A stretch of DNA of 63,999 nt, counting the filler, from Dimargaris cristalligena (taxonomy: Eukaryota): the NCBI GenBank assembly GCA_003614675.1. It is 8 parts of 8 records of this genome, joined end to end, with 100 filler letters (N's around TTAATTAATTAA, not from the genome) between each part and the next. Parts side by side here need not be neighbours in the genome. Positions count along the whole stretch, not along the records: positions 57,304 to 63,999 come from ML003491.1; 7 more parts are not named here. One strand, 5' to 3'. The notes under the pieces are model-generated. The model was not told the origin of the DNA. It saw nothing but the letters and a program-made list of their open reading frames with translations, and did no database searches. Shown one piece after another: positions 60,978 through 63,999 of this stretch. How positions within the stretch are numbered: the stretch's first letter is position 1; each line of letters opens with the position of its first letter. Made by a program: the position numbers and the translations under genes.

Positions 60978-61907
60978 ATGGCCCTTCAAATTATGAAGTC
61001 CCTTTCGCTCATGATGATGGCCCTAGCTTCAGCGCAGGCTCACTTCAGCATCTGGTCACCCTGTATTATGAACTCCGACAACCCCGCTTGTAAGGGCTGG
61101 GGTAAAATAGACTACAACCTTGCTGCTCCAACGGGCCAAGCGCACCAGTATGACGACAAGGAGGGAGTGACTAATCTCAATGGGGGTGTGTGCCGCACTA
61201 TGCCTGACAATAAGTACTCGGCCACGTGGGCCTCCGGTTCCAGTAACCAAATCGTCTTCGCCAACCATGGCAGTCATAAGGGGGGCTACTGCGAGTGGGC
61301 CGCTTCCTACAACGGGGGTAAAACGTTCGTATCTTTCCAGTTCGAGCCCAATTGCCTGACCAATGCCCCCTCCAATGGTGGTCAATACAAATCACAATTA
61401 AAGCTTCCGGTCACTCTCCCGGGCGGTAATGTGATTATTTCGTGGACCTGGGTTAATAAGGAAGGGTTCCGCGAATTCTACTGGAATTGCATGCGTATCA
61501 ATCTGACCGGTAGTAAAGCAACCTCATTCACCGGTCCTCCGTTGGCCATCTTCAACTTCGCTTTCAAGCACAATGGTAAGACCATGGCCTACGTACTACC
61601 CGAGTTTACTGGGACTGACGACGCCAAGAATTACGCCAATTATTTCACTTCCCGACCTAAGATTACGATTTCCGGGACTAAAGTATCGGGCGGCGCCGGC
61701 AGTATTTTCCCCATTAACCTGGAAGGTGCCAAGGGCCTTAAGGCTTCATATTCGAGCTGTGTTTACATCAAAAAGGGTGCTACTATCCCTGCTCTCGGCG
61801 GCCAGACTTCGAGTACCTCTGCCGGCACCAAGCGCTCAAGTGATCAGATTTCTGGTGACGCTGCTACGACCCAGTCCCCTACGAAAAAGGCCAAAACGAG
61901 CAAATAA
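60978..61907 (+). CDS. Secreted lytic polysaccharide monooxygenase, AA11-like (chitin-active by family)
   Basis: Signal peptide ending AQA directly before His1; HKGGYCEWAASYNGG; SWTWVNKEGFREFYWNC with the conserved Tyr. Confidence 0.85.
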   Translation: MALQIMKSLSLMMMALASAQAHFSIWSPCIMNSDNPACKGWGKIDYNLAAPTGQAHQYDDKEGVTNLNGGVCRTMPDNKYSATWASGSSNQIVFANHGSHKGGYCEWAASYNGGKTFVSFQFEPNCLTNAPSNGGQYKSQLKLPVTLPGGNVIISWTWVNKEGFREFYWNCMRINLTGSKATSFTGPPLAIFNFAFKHNGKTMAYVLPEFTGTDDAKNYANYFTSRPKITISGTKVSGGAGSIFPINLEGAKGLKASYSSCVYIKKGATIPALGGQTSSTSAGTKRSSDQISGDAATTQSPTKKAKTSK

Positions 61908-62809
61908 ATAATAGATTGATGTGTGCTCCCTTTCGATTGCATTTCTCCCTAATGGAATGGCAGGAGAACAGCGGAAAGGTGATGAGGCCCATGAATCTCC
62001 ATGCTTTGTGATTCACCAACTATTGTGGATAGCTTGTTTCTCATTCCATCACCATTGATACAATGCCAATGTGACCGCTGATCATGAGTACTTCCATTAT
62101 TTTAGTGCTCGATAATTTTCTTGCCAATTCATTCCAAATTGCTGTCCATTTTGTAGTAACATACCATGAAATTCTGACTGGTGTTTCCTGTAGCTATTGC
62201 TTACCATCACTGCATTCCCCAACTTTGTATGGTGGGGAACAACCAAAAAATGCCTCTTTCTTTCCTTTGTCTTTGTTTATGATCTATCTAGGCTAGCTGG
62301 CTGGTCTCCATTTTTACCAATACTTTTTCAATACTCAAATGGTGCTGTCCCGGTTGGATATAGTACCCATCTTAGTTTTTTTAAAATAAATGTTTTTTAC
62401 TTCATGAAGTCAGGGATATCCCCGGTCAGTTGGAGCAACCCACTAGCCCATATATGTCTCTACCTGTCAGGCTTAATCAGATGAAGTCTTCACTTTCTTG
62501 TGGTGGCCCTCTCCTCAACTTCTGCAGATCCACCAACTGCCAGTCAAGTCACCAATACCACTTCCTTCTGTACATTAATATAATGCACAGCTATTTCAGT
62601 ATGTCTTTACTCCTATATTACTACTGGACTATGGATAAACCAGAACTTTAGCTCTTGGCCCTTTCAGTTGATTTAAATTTTGGTGGTGGGGTTTTAGAGC
62701 CCATTCTTATGATTTTGTCAGTCTCTGGCCTATCCTAATTCCATGATATAGCTTATGATACTATTATTATCCATTAGACCTTTTTCCATTACAATTATTG
62801 TAAAATCTG

Positions 62810-63393
62810 TGTCAGACCTTATAATCTGACTTAATCTAGATACCATTCTGTCCATCCCTATTAGGCCTTATAGTACCATATTAACCTTCCCATGGTCACC
62901 CCTGGTACTTTAGGATCACCCTATATTATATAATGGTTCCCCTTCCAGACTCCTTGGTTCACATTAATCACTCCAGTATTGATCTGAAGACTCTTCCAGC
63001 TACCAGCAGGGTCTTCCAAGTCCTCATAGCTATTTGGTTAGCTTATTTATCCTACCTTAGCCTTAGTAGTATCCTCCTCTGGGGACCTCCCTCTGGAGTT
63101 ACCCCTGTATATATATAACCAGCCCCCATTAGGACTAGTTCAATTCCTTAGCTTATTTCTTACCCCCTGGTCTATCCCAATAAACTATATATATACTCAT
63201 CCCCTTTGTATTAACTAGTAAGTGTACCCACTGCACATCCCTTGCCTATACCTATATCTAATAACCTTTATTAGTTAATACTATGCCCCCAACCTAATAC
63301 TAGGACCCACTTAGCTGAGCCTAAGCCCCATCTACCATTAGAAGCCTATCCTCAGGACTCTTGAGGGACTAAGAGTGGTCAACCCAGGTGACA
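62810..63393 (-). mobile_element. Solo LTR, family B, 584 bp
   Basis: TGTCA...TGACA termini flanked by perfect direct repeat ATCTG (62805-62809 and 63394-63398). Confidence 0.85.
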
Positions 63394-63554
63394 ATCTGCA
63401 ACACTTTCTGTACTAGGCTTTACAATTTTTTGATATTCTCTATGTTATTTAAATATAAGGCAAAATTCACAGACTCTAGACTGATTAAACTTAGTAGCTA
63501 ATTATTTAGAGATATACTGATGTTCATTAGATCACTATAGGGTATATATGTAGT

Positions 63555-63999
63555 GCCATGGGAATGTTGGCTAACAGCCTTCAGTATCCAGCCGTCAATT
63601 CATCTGCCAATTCTTATGTTAACCTGACGATCATCAAATATTACAATACTTATGACTGTTTTTTTAATCAAATATTAACGATTACAATTGATGACGAATT
63701 TTATGAGAAATATTACTCGCCTTTTGGGAAGTCAACTCCCGATTTGTTATTTCATACTCATGTTAACGGCCATGTGTTGTGATGATATTATGACGGTATT
63801 CAAACCTGTTAATGGCATTCTGTATTATTTATAATGACCAATTTATGACCTCAGTTAGAGGAGCCCTCTTCCTGCAATGAAAACAATATTTTATTCATAA
63901 TTCCTATTTTCCTTCACGATTACTACTATTAAAAATAAAAAACCAATACTCTATTTCTTCACTCAAAAGTACATAAACACTTAAAATTTCCTTTTCAAT
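63555..63999 (+). repeat. Unclassified dispersed repeat C
   Basis: Inverted match to 48083-48527; runs off the window. Confidence 0.85.

Overview
Eukaryotic (fungal) draft-genome window made of eight ~8.1-kb contigs joined by artificial 100-bp N/TTAATTAATTAA linkers, so neighbourhoods across linkers are meaningless. Gene content (intronless, bacterial-style NRPS with an epimerisation domain, many orphan secreted proteins, an AA11-like LPMO, GT-AG intron-rich housekeeping genes) suggests an early-diverging mycoparasite such as Dimargaris (inference). Housekeeping genes: p24/ERP1-like, group III G-alpha, PPM1, CPSF6/7-like RRM, Sec14/CRAL-TRIO and two tRNA-Gly(GCC). Repeats: a ~140-bp MITE family (about 9 copies), a TG..CA solo-LTR family (one copy with a perfect 5-bp TSD) and CpG-poor relic DNA. 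Best leads: (1) a signal-peptide + NLS + C2H2 zinc-finger frame interrupted only by four in-frame TAG codons (candidate secreted transcription-factor effector); (2) two divergent secreted orphans that share motifs (candidate effector family); (3) a secreted disordered repeat protein rich in SH3/PP1 docking motifs; (4) two Cys-rich, probably membrane-anchored microproteins. All splice models and alignments were made by eye.
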